From the IMG/VR virus record IMGVR_UViG_3300028581_000034: 64,000 nucleotides of DNA. One strand, written 5' to 3'. The translations under genes and the position numbers were made by a program. This DNA is from an uncultured virus (IMG/VR IMGVR_UViG_3300028581_000034). Lineage: Duplodnaviria > Heunggongvirae > Uroviricota > Caudoviricetes. Under the pieces are notes generated by a model. That model was not told the origin of the DNA and searched no databases. It worked only from the letters and a program-made list of their open reading frames with translations. This document shows, piece after piece, positions 49,702 to 58,133 of this stretch. Positions within the stretch are counted from its first letter, which is position 1. Each line of letters starts with the position of its first letter.

Positions 49702-52700
49702 TTAGATATTTTCAAACGAAGCCCCACTTGGAGTGATGAAGAATTCAATATCAATGAATTCAAGAGCTTTCGTAGGTTTTAAGTAAATTTTACCTGTTAA
49801 TGTGTTTCTATCCAAATCTTCAGGTGAAGAACTTACTGTTACACGGAAGTCATAAAGACCTCTGTCTCTTCTGATTGAGTCAAGGATAGGGTTAACCGAA
49901 TCCAAGAACTGTTGTCTTACGATTTCGTCATTTTGTTCAAACAACAATCTAACTGCCACCGCTGAAATCAACTTACGAGCTTGTAACAACAATCTTCTTA
50001 CGTTCAATCTGTTAAGAGCTGAATCTTTAACTTGAAGAGTTTTGTTACCCCAAATTACAGTTCCAACATCAGAGAAGGTTGCAATTGGGTTGATACGACC
50101 TTGATACAAGGTGTCTCTATCTTCTTGTGTAAGTTTCAATCTCGCCTTAACTGAGTTAACAAGACCTCTTGTGTAACCCGCCGATGCGAACCATGGGAAT
50201 GAAATGTTATCAGTCAACGCTAAGTTTCTACAAACTTGACCTGTTGGTGGTAAGTAGATTTGAGTGTTGTTAACAGTATCTCTTTCCAAAATCCATGGGT
50301 AGTAAGTTGCTGTGTATGATGAATCAATTCCTGTATCATCCAAATTGTCAACCGCCTCTTGTGGGTAAATGATTTCGTATTGAGAACCACCGTCTGAAGT
50401 GTACATGTTGTAGTCAGGGGTTGTCACGATGTAAACCGAGTCAGCCCTTTCATTTTCAATCATACCAATTGCACTTTCACACAAGTTAGAGTTGTTAATG
50501 TAATCAATACTTGAAGTTGCGAATACGTTGATGTTTGTTGATTCAGGGTTATTGAATGACAAGATACCAAGTAAGTAAGCGTAGTAGTCGGTGTTTGCAA
50601 AATCTTGTGTATTGTTCGCCACAACGATTCTCTTGAACGTACCGTCACCAGATGCTGTCGGATATCTTTGAGTAGGTGTAGAACCTTGTAAGTACCCTGA
50701 TGCACCCAACATAAATCTGTCTTGGTTAGTTCTAAACTCTCTGTAGTTATCCCATCCATCAAATCCACCTTGGAAACAGAATGTATATTTTCTTGAGTAT
50801 AAGAAATAATATGGATTATCTTGAGTTGTTGGTTCACCATCAAAATTTGCAACACCACAAACAAACGCTGGTGTACCACTTGTAACTTGAGCATTACCGA
50901 TAGTAACAACTGTAGCACCTGAGTCCATGTGGAAACCTTGAGTTAGGTAATTCCAAGGTTCTGATTCAGTTGCTGTATCCCAACCTACAACAGGGTTCTT
51001 TTTACCCTTATATTGTAACAAGTCAGAGTCAACACCAAATTGTGAAGACATACCAAGGTAAGTTCTTCTTACAACGTCACCACTTGAAGACACGATGTTT
51101 GTTCCACCGTATGTACTTCCAAATGGGGGGTCAAAGATTGTTTCACCTGGGAAGAAGTATTTGTTTTTGATTATAGGGAATGGTGAAGGATTTGATACAC
51201 TATCGTATACTCTTTCTTCAAAACCACGGAAACCACAAGGTAATGCGTCTATTGGTGCCTCATCAGAAAGTTCAATCATGATGTAAGCAGATACTAATGG
51301 AAACTCACCATTAGAAGAACCAATCTTTTTAGCGACAAAACTGTTAGAACCTGGGTCCATAGTACAGTTTGTATATTTTTCATAAACAACAGGATTTGCG
51401 TCTGTATCAAAGAAATCTCTAACTAAAACATCAAAAGTTTGATTTGAGAATGAAATGTTAGCGATTGAAATTTTAACTTCTGTGTTTGCAGAACCACCAT
51501 CTGAAATTGATACAAATTTAAATAAGTTATAAACCTTGTTACCTCTTAATTCAGATACAACAAATGGAGTCTTTGGTGTTTGATATTTGTCCAAGAACCA
51601 AGCAATAGAAGTTGTTGAAGTTTTATCTCTTGCTTCAGGTAAAGCAATTAACTCACAGTTTAATCCTCTAATATATCCTTTGTTATATGCATAATTTAAT
51701 AGACCTGGGTAGGACTCTTCAACATAAATAGGAACCTCAGTTCTTGATTTTGAGAAGTTAGTGATACCAAGAACCTTTGTGATGTAATTAGCATCAACAC
51801 TACCAAATGAAGTTTCAAATTGGAATGTTTTATTTTCATAAGTAACACCACTCAATAAGAATGTTGAGAACGGACTATTTGTAACTCCTGAATATGCTCC
51901 TGTACAAATCATATCCAAGTCAGTCAATCCTGTTACTTGATAAACAGGACCATGATTGTTAGCGTCATATACTGAAATACCTCTTGAACGAAGAGTCGCA
52001 ACAACTAAGTCATTGTACTCTGTGTAAGCAGTTCCACTGTAGTAATAAACAGTACCTGATAAAGTTACATCAAAATTTCCAGTTCCACCTGTGGTGAAAT
52101 CCGTAACCGCATAATCCCAAGAAAAACCTGAGTAACTATTATTAGAATAATTTGTAAAAGTTGCATAATACCAAGGGTCATTAACAGAATCTGTTAAATC
52201 GTTAAACGCTAAGTTCATACTATCAACACTGAATACGTTACGCAAAGTTGTGTATTGAGCAGACAAGTCATTGTATTCTGTTTCAGGAATTGAACCATAA
52301 ACATTCAATGTAGTACCTGTAATATTTGTATTACCTGAAACACCTAAAATAAAATTAAAAATATCATTATTGTAAGTGCTTGTTGAACCATTGTTTAACA
52401 AGTATTGAATGTTAAGGTTGTCAGCAATAACGTCAGGTAATGGAGTTGTAAAGTTTAAAACATTACTTACACCTGTGTTACCGGTTACTACTGCGGTAAA
52501 GTTTAGTGCCACAACATCAGTATCTACTCCGATTGTTGTACCATCTACGTTAGCGGTCACTCTAATAGACCAAGAAGGACCCGCATCATAACCTGATAAA
52601 CCAAGTACTCTTGTTACGAATAATTGGTTAGATTGTTGTAGATATGCCTTTGCAATATATGCGGCTTCATATTTAGGGATTTGCGTTCCAATGAATTTTT

Positions 52701-52902
52701 CAGGAACGGTACCTCCGAAGAATGTTTGAAATTCGTCAAAGTTGGTTATAAAAATAGGTTCAAATGCTGGACCCTTTAATGTTTCACCAACTAGACCCAA
52801 AGTAGTTACACCTACGCTTTGGGCCACGAAAGACAAATCGGTTTCCGAAGTGTAAACACCTGGAGATACAAATACTTTCTGATTAGCTTGTGCTGTTGCC
52901 AT
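49702..52902 (-). CDS. Tail sheath protein (T4 gp18-like), enlarged
   Basis: VSPGVYTSETDLS, GETLKGPAFEP, PWFASAGYTRG, LYQGRINPI, WGNKTLQ and RLNVRRLL; 1066 aa. Confidence 0.95.
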   Translation of the reverse strand: MATAQANQKVFVSPGVYTSETDLSFVAQSVGVTTLGLVGETLKGPAFEPIFITNFDEFQTFFGGTVPEKFIGTQIPKYEAAYIAKAYLQQSNQLFVTRVLGLSGYDAGPSWSIRVTANVDGTTIGVDTDVVALNFTAVVTGNTGVSNVLNFTTPLPDVIADNLNIQYLLNNGSTSTYNNDIFNFILGVSGNTNITGTTLNVYGSIPETEYNDLSAQYTTLRNVFSVDSMNLAFNDLTDSVNDPWYYATFTNYSNNSYSGFSWDYAVTDFTTGGTGNFDVTLSGTVYYYSGTAYTEYNDLVVATLRSRGISVYDANNHGPVYQVTGLTDLDMICTGAYSGVTNSPFSTFLLSGVTYENKTFQFETSFGSVDANYITKVLGITNFSKSRTEVPIYVEESYPGLLNYAYNKGYIRGLNCELIALPEARDKTSTTSIAWFLDKYQTPKTPFVVSELRGNKVYNLFKFVSISDGGSANTEVKISIANISFSNQTFDVLVRDFFDTDANPVVYEKYTNCTMDPGSNSFVAKKIGSSNGEFPLVSAYIMIELSDEAPIDALPCGFRGFEERVYDSVSNPSPFPIIKNKYFFPGETIFDPPFGSTYGGTNIVSSSGDVVRRTYLGMSSQFGVDSDLLQYKGKKNPVVGWDTATESEPWNYLTQGFHMDSGATVVTIGNAQVTSGTPAFVCGVANFDGEPTTQDNPYYFLYSRKYTFCFQGGFDGWDNYREFRTNQDRFMLGASGYLQGSTPTQRYPTASGDGTFKRIVVANNTQDFANTDYYAYLLGILSFNNPESTNINVFATSSIDYINNSNLCESAIGMIENERADSVYIVTTPDYNMYTSDGGSQYEIIYPQEAVDNLDDTGIDSSYTATYYPWILERDTVNNTQIYLPPTGQVCRNLALTDNISFPWFASAGYTRGLVNSVKARLKLTQEDRDTLYQGRINPIATFSDVGTVIWGNKTLQVKDSALNRLNVRRLLLQARKLISAVAVRLLFEQNDEIVRQQFLDSVNPILDSIRRDRGLYDFRVTVSSSPEDLDRNTLTGKIYLKPTKALEFIDIEFFITPSGASFENI

Positions 52903-52936
52903 TGATTAATTTTTTCTTGTGCGGTTTTATTTTATA

Positions 52937-52944
52937 GATAAATA
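52937..52944 (-). promoter_or_regulatory. TATTTATC putative late promoter (tail sheath)
   Basis: 34 nt before ATG 52902. Confidence 0.55.
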
Positions 52945-53025
52945 TTCATTTCAAATACAAAAAACTTGACTTTTAAATATGTATTAATAAACTGGCAGAT
53001 TTTTTTCTCCCTTTTTTCATACTTT

Positions 53026-53190
53026 ATGAAAACTAACCATGACAATATCAAGAACCTAAAAATATCTGAAAAGGCACATACTGTATTAAAAAAGTATTGT
53101 GAGGATAATGGTTTGAAAATTCATAAATTTGTTGAGAAACTCATCTACGACAATTGCCAAGTGAAAAAAGACATTTACGGAGAGGATTAA
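53026..53190 (+). CDS. Small ribbon-helix-helix-like DNA-binding protein; ATG 53026 preferred over TTG 52966
   Basis: IKNLKISEKAHTVLKKYCEDNGLKIHKFVEKLI shows an alternating beta strand followed by two helices. Confidence 0.6.
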   Translation: MKTNHDNIKNLKISEKAHTVLKKYCEDNGLKIHKFVEKLIYDNCQVKKDIYGED

Positions 53191-54233
53191 ACTAGTTTGG
53201 CATTGTATAAAATTAACGCCTCTTCACCTACAGTATCTTTTGTAATATCCACCTGTAAAATGTCACCGGTATTCAATTGAATGGTATCTAAATTACTTCC
53301 ATAAAAATCTCCATTAATTGTAACATCCCAACCACTAACGTTGTTTGTTGACACCAATTTTAAATTAATTCTATAATCAACTTGGTTATCAATCAAGGTT
53401 GTGTTACCCGAAGTGTAGAATAAACGATATTCAAATTCGTTAGGATTTGGTGGAAATGTTTCGGCTCTCCTACCCTTAGCAACATTAACATCGGTCTCAA
53501 ATAATTGAACGACACGAGCCACTGCAGGTTTTACTTGAAATTCTTCTTCATCAATTAAGTAACCCAACATAGTGAAGTCGTAACTTTGAATATAATATTG
53601 TCTTCTCTCAACTTCAGTTACTGACTCATCAGTTATGTTATTCATAATGATTGGTACATACTGACCCTTGATAAAAGTATATGCTTGACGAGATGAAAAA
53701 GTTTGAAGAACATTTTTGTTAAATGTATTCAACTCTCTCATTCTGTTACACATAATTTTTACTTGAAAATTTAAATCAACAGGAACAGGTTGTGGAATTG
53801 TATAAACATCAAACCCTTTTTGGTTTCCATTCCAAGTAGGAACCGTCGCATAATAAAATTGTTTTCTATTTGGAATAGTATATTGGGTTGAGGGATTGGT
53901 TCCGTATTTTACTTCAGGTTGACGAACCAACGTTATAAAAGGAAGTTGTACGTTAAAGTCAGGGTCTTTGAAATTCCAAGTTTCTGTAAATTGAGACCAT
54001 CTTTGGTTAGTTATAATCTTGTCAACAACATTAATATCTTTTCCTGATACTGTAGTTTTTAATTTTTCCTTCACAAACTCCAACATACCTAAATCCAAAT
54101 CAGCATGTAAAACACTTTGTGGAAGGTAGGTCCCGTCTTTGTTGATAAACTCCAATAATTGTTCCCTCCTTGCCGAAAGAGTTTTCGGTGGAACTAAATC
54201 AATATTTGGTTTAATTTGTTTTGGAAATGCCAT
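53187..54233 (-). CDS. Tail terminator / sheath stabiliser (T4 gp15-like)
   Basis: QLPFITLVR...PQPVPVDLNFQVKI...FTMLGYL; lies upstream of sheath. Confidence 0.65.
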   Translation of the reverse strand: MAFPKQIKPNIDLVPPKTLSARREQLLEFINKDGTYLPQSVLHADLDLGMLEFVKEKLKTTVSGKDINVVDKIITNQRWSQFTETWNFKDPDFNVQLPFITLVRQPEVKYGTNPSTQYTIPNRKQFYYATVPTWNGNQKGFDVYTIPQPVPVDLNFQVKIMCNRMRELNTFNKNVLQTFSSRQAYTFIKGQYVPIIMNNITDESVTEVERRQYYIQSYDFTMLGYLIDEEEFQVKPAVARVVQLFETDVNVAKGRRAETFPPNPNEFEYRLFYTSGNTTLIDNQVDYRINLKLVSTNNVSGWDVTINGDFYGSNLDTIQLNTGDILQVDITKDTVGEEALILYNAKLV

Positions 54234-54748
54234 TACGTACCAAAGAATTCATTTTGACTCACAGGTGTTGCAATAATAGTCCTGTAAAATGGTTTATAAC
54301 CTCCATAAGTATGACGATTGTCTGAAACGACCCTTCCGTCATCGGCTACTGAATAGTATCTAACTTTACTTTCAGTTTCATAATAACCCAAGTAATCCCC
54401 CATTTGAATTTCAACCTGTAGTTCATCCAAATAAGATTGGTAAATAGAAAACTTCATATTACCTGGTTCATTTTGTTCAATTCTACTTGTACCTAACTTT
54501 TGTGCTGTAGGAGCTAAGATTTGAACCAATCCTTTAATTTCTACAGGAGCAAGAAATTGGATACCTCCTTCGGGTACCTCCCCATATACATCGTCCTGTA
54601 GAGTTTTATATCTATCTATTCTGTAGAGAATGACTGTAAAATTCATATCCCCTTCAAGCCATTCTGAACCCATGGCGACATCCAAAGAATAATCTTCACC
54701 ACCAAAGAATTTACCTAATCTTGTAATAGGGACTAACTTATCTGACAT
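54233..54748 (-). CDS. Neck / head-closure protein (T4 gp14-like)
   Basis: VILYRID...DDVYGE...PVEIKG...GDY; adjacent to the gp15-like gene. Confidence 0.6.
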   Translation of the reverse strand: MSDKLVPITRLGKFFGGEDYSLDVAMGSEWLEGDMNFTVILYRIDRYKTLQDDVYGEVPEGGIQFLAPVEIKGLVQILAPTAQKLGTSRIEQNEPGNMKFSIYQSYLDELQVEIQMGDYLGYYETESKVRYYSVADDGRVVSDNRHTYGGYKPFYRTIIATPVSQNEFFGT

Positions 54749-54821
54749 ATATTGATAAATACATTCTTATTTATTATATTTAATTTGTTTGTGTATAAAC
54801 CTACGTACCAATAAATACGAG

Positions 54822-57683
54822 ATGGGAATTAGTCTTACAATAGAATCCAAAGCAATTACAGCACTTGAAAGTTATGACGGCGCAAATAACTATATTTTTA
54901 ACCTAAAACACAAACTTCAATTAAATCCTAAGTTTTATCCAACAAGGGCTCAATCAGAATATATTTTAACCAACAAAGACAAGACCCCCAAGGTTGCGAA
55001 AAAGTGGGTGGTTCTTGATTCATACTTTGCAAACAAACTCGCCAACGATAAATTTCTTCTTCAGATTCCTGAGAGGATTTGGGTTGAAAAACTCTTGGCT
55101 GAAAAAGACAAAGCCTATCATGTGTGGGGTAAGTTTTTTGAAACGGATTCATTTACCGATTTTTGGATTCCCAAAGCATCTTTGATTAAAGACAATAAAG
55201 TTGAAATTAAAGAAATTGATTATTCTAAGTATTCACACCGTCCTCCGTTAGACCACCAAAAAGTTGCCATAGAAGAACTCTTAAAAAATAAAAAGTTTAT
55301 TTTGGCAGACGATATGGGACTCGGGAAATGCGAACCAAAAAATAACAGGGTATTTACCCCATTTGGTAGAAAAAATATTGGGGATATTAAAGTTGGGGAT
55401 AAGGTTATTGGTCGTGATGGCAAACCTCATAATGTAATTGGTGTATTTCCACAAGGCGTAAAAGAAACTTATAGAATAACATTTAATGATGGATTTTCAA
55501 TTTTAACGGGAGACGAACATCTATGGTCAGTTTTATCACCTAATTATGGTAAAAATACAAAAAACGATAGACGAAAAAAATCTTTAGTTCTTTCGACAAA
55601 GCAAATGTATGAGGGTGGTAAAATTAAAGTTAAAGGTATTGATTATAATAAAGATAAGGAATATGAGATTGAAACTTATTACAAATCACCAAATAGTAAC
55701 AATAAATGGCAAATCCCTATTGTAGAACCGATTCAATTTGAACGTAACGACAATCTTCCAATTAATCCTTATTTTTTAGGATTGATTTTAGGGGATGGAC
55801 ATATAAATAAATCATCCTGTGTTTTTACAGTACACTGTGACGATTATGATGAACTATTTGATAGTTTTGGTTTGAATGAAAATAAAAAAATTAAAAATCA
55901 GAGAAAAGGAATTAAATTAATCGGTAGGGATGTGTTGAACGGACTCAAACTAAACGAAACACGTTCCCATAACAAATTTATTCCAGAAATATACAAATAT
56001 TCATCAGTTGAAAATAGACTGTCAATACTACAAGGACTAATGGACACTGACGGTCATTGTATGTTTAATGGTGGTGGAAAGTTTTTAGGAACTGAATTTA
56101 GTACCATTTCAAAACAACTATGTGATGACGTTGTTGAAATTGTACAAACATTAGGTGGTATTGCAAGAGTAAAAACTCGTATTCCAACCTATACTTATAA
56201 TGGTGAAAAAAAGAAAGGTAAGTTAGCCTATAGGGTTAATATTAAATTACCAAAAGGAATGAACCCATTTAAATTAAAAAGAAAGGCAAATAAATATATT
56301 GAACCAAAAAAATACCCAACAGGTAGGTATATTAAAAATATTGAGAAAGTTGGTTTTGAAGATAGTGTTTGTATATCGGTGGATTCTCCTGATAAGTTAT
56401 ATGTAACTGAACATTGTATTGTTACACATAACACAACATCAACAATCATCGCTGCGTTGGAGACGGGGTCTAAAAAGATTTTAATTATTTGTCCGGCAAC
56501 TCTTAAGATTAACTGGCAAAGAGAATTCTTATTGTATTCTGATAAGACAAGTTATGTTTGTGATGGTAAGAACTTTTCTGAGAATCACGACATTTTGATA
56601 ATGAACTACGATATCATCAAAAATTTCCACGATACAAAAGACAACGAGAAATCTTTGATTTTTAAATCAAAGTTTGATTTGGTTATCATTGATGAGGCTC
56701 ACTATGTTCAAAACGTCCAAGCTCAAAGAACCAAACTAATTAATGATTTGGTTAAGAACGTGGATAGACTATGGTTGTTAACGGGTACTCCTATGACCTC
56801 ACGACCCATCAATTACTTCAATCTATTGTCATTGGTGGATTCACCCGTGGCAAAGAATTGGATGGCTTACGTGGTTCGTTATTGCTCGGGTTACCAATTC
56901 AAAGTTGGAAATAGAAAAGTATGGAATGTCATGGGAGCATCAAACTTGGAGGAACTCCGAGACAGAACTGGTTCAACAATATTAAGACGCCTAAAAGATG
57001 ATGTGTTGGATTTGCCAGAGAAGATTATCACCCCAGTTTATTTGAGATTGCGGTCCAAGAACTACGAAGAGCTAATGGGTGAATACTATAACTGGTATGA
57101 AAAAAACCCGGAGGAAAGTAAAAACCTTTCAATCCAATTTACAAAATTGATTCAAGTGCGTCAGTTGATTGCCGATGAAAAAACTCAGCACACCATCGAA
57201 CTTGCCGAAAACATCATCGAGCAAGGAAAGAAGGTTATTATCTTTTGCAACTTTACCCATTCCCTTGAAATCATTTACAATCACTTTGGAAAAGCTGCGG
57301 TTCGTTTGGATGGGTCGATGAGCAAAACACAACGTCAGGATGCTGTGGATAGGTTCCAGGAAGATGAAAAGGTAAAAGTTTTTGTGGGTAATATAAAGGC
57401 TTCAGGAACCGGAATCACTCTAACCGCCGGTGAAGCTGTTATAATGAATGATTTATCATTTTTACCTTCAGATATGGCACAAGCTGAGGATAGGGCCTAC
57501 CGATACGGACAAAAGAACAATGTTCTCGTATATTACCCATTGTATGAAAATACTTTAGAGATGATAATTTATAACATTGTGAATTCAAAAAAGAAAATTA
57601 TATCAACTGTAATGGGGGATGTGAATAACGCAACAGATGCCGCCGAAGAAATTCTGAAAAGAATTTATGAAATGAAAAAATAA
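54822..57683 (+). CDS. SNF2-family (SWI2/SNF2, HARP-like) helicase/ATPase containing an intein; ATG 54822 preferred over GTG 54789
   Basis: ILADDMGLGK|T, ICPATLKINW, IIDEAH, LTGTP, ILRRLK, GITLT and QAEDRAYRYGQ. Confidence 0.92.
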   Translation: MGISLTIESKAITALESYDGANNYIFNLKHKLQLNPKFYPTRAQSEYILTNKDKTPKVAKKWVVLDSYFANKLANDKFLLQIPERIWVEKLLAEKDKAYHVWGKFFETDSFTDFWIPKASLIKDNKVEIKEIDYSKYSHRPPLDHQKVAIEELLKNKKFILADDMGLGKCEPKNNRVFTPFGRKNIGDIKVGDKVIGRDGKPHNVIGVFPQGVKETYRITFNDGFSILTGDEHLWSVLSPNYGKNTKNDRRKKSLVLSTKQMYEGGKIKVKGIDYNKDKEYEIETYYKSPNSNNKWQIPIVEPIQFERNDNLPINPYFLGLILGDGHINKSSCVFTVHCDDYDELFDSFGLNENKKIKNQRKGIKLIGRDVLNGLKLNETRSHNKFIPEIYKYSSVENRLSILQGLMDTDGHCMFNGGGKFLGTEFSTISKQLCDDVVEIVQTLGGIARVKTRIPTYTYNGEKKKGKLAYRVNIKLPKGMNPFKLKRKANKYIEPKKYPTGRYIKNIEKVGFEDSVCISVDSPDKLYVTEHCIVTHNTTSTIIAALETGSKKILIICPATLKINWQREFLLYSDKTSYVCDGKNFSENHDILIMNYDIIKNFHDTKDNEKSLIFKSKFDLVIIDEAHYVQNVQAQRTKLINDLVKNVDRLWLLTGTPMTSRPINYFNLLSLVDSPVAKNWMAYVVRYCSGYQFKVGNRKVWNVMGASNLEELRDRTGSTILRRLKDDVLDLPEKIITPVYLRLRSKNYEELMGEYYNWYEKNPEESKNLSIQFTKLIQVRQLIADEKTQHTIELAENIIEQGKKVIIFCNFTHSLEIIYNHFGKAAVRLDGSMSKTQRQDAVDRFQEDEKVKVFVGNIKASGTGITLTAGEAVIMNDLSFLPSDMAQAEDRAYRYGQKNNVLVYYPLYENTLEMIIYNIVNSKKKIISTVMGDVNNATDAAEEILKRIYEMKK
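55329..56432 (+). mobile_element. 368 aa intein with LAGLIDADG homing endonuclease, inserted in Walker A of the SNF2 helicase
   Basis: Begins CEPKNNRVFTP, block B TGDEHLW, LGLILGDG and LQGLMDTDG, ends IVTHN followed by Thr. Removal restores DMGLGKTT. Confidence 0.95.
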
Positions 57684-57686
57684 AAT

Positions 57687-57700
57687 TGTGAATATTCACA
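57687..57700. promoter_or_regulatory. Perfect 14-bp palindrome upstream of RHH copy 2 (candidate operator)
   Basis: TGTGAATATTCACA, 30 nt before ATG 57731. Confidence 0.45.
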
Positions 57701-57730
57701 CTTTTTTATAATTGCAAATATTTATTTATT

Positions 57731-57892
57731 ATGGGAAGAAAAATTAAAGCTGAAGATGAAAAAAAAACAAAAGTATCTATTGCCCTAGATAGAGAACTTT
57801 TAAATCATTATAGAACCCTTCATGTGAATTTGTCTTCTTTAGTTAATAAATTGCTGAAAGATTACCGAGATGAAGGAAACAAAAAAATGTAA
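57731..57892 (+). CDS. 53 aa ribbon-helix-helix-like protein (copy 2); absent from ORF track
   Basis: MGRKIKAEDEKKTKVSIALDRELLNHYRTLHVNLSSLVNKLLKDYRDEGNKKM; 25/50 identical, ungapped, to 28996-29148. Confidence 0.8.
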   Translation: MGRKIKAEDEKKTKVSIALDRELLNHYRTLHVNLSSLVNKLLKDYRDEGNKKM

Positions 57893-58118
57893 TAAATGTA
57901 AAATTGAAAAACTAATTTGTGAATTCGGAAATAGGGCAAAATCCAGCGATGGTAAAAGAAGCTCTTGCAAGACCTGTGATGCTGAAGACACCAGGAAGTG
58001 GAGAAAAAATAACAAGGAAAAAGTTTGTGAACATAAAAAAAATTACGAAAAAAAATACCCAGAAAAAAAAATAGAAAAAGATAATTTAAGAAAATCCAAC
58101 AAAGCTGATTATTTATAA
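57870..58118 (+). pseudogene. Zn-finger N-terminal part of an HNH endonuclease, nuclease domain missing
   Basis: KKCNKC...EF...SDGKRSSCKTC...RKNN matches the N-terminus of 28440-29006 but stops at 82 aa with no HNH motif. Confidence 0.6.
58110..58117 (+). promoter_or_regulatory. TATTTATA putative late promoter (SOD fusion)
   Basis: 16 nt before ATG 58134; the motif switches strand with the gene. Confidence 0.6.
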
Positions 58119-58133
58119 TCAAACAATAAGACC

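Noticed and set aside
52966..52994. TTGACT as a sigma70 -35 box for the antisense RHH gene
   Set aside because: No acceptable -10 hexamer at 16-18 nt spacing.
20109..54748. Extracellular contractile injection system or T6SS instead of a phage
   Set aside because: Neck proteins, DNA polymerase, helicase, SSB, RNR and homing endonucleases are interleaved with the tail genes, which indicates a phage genome.
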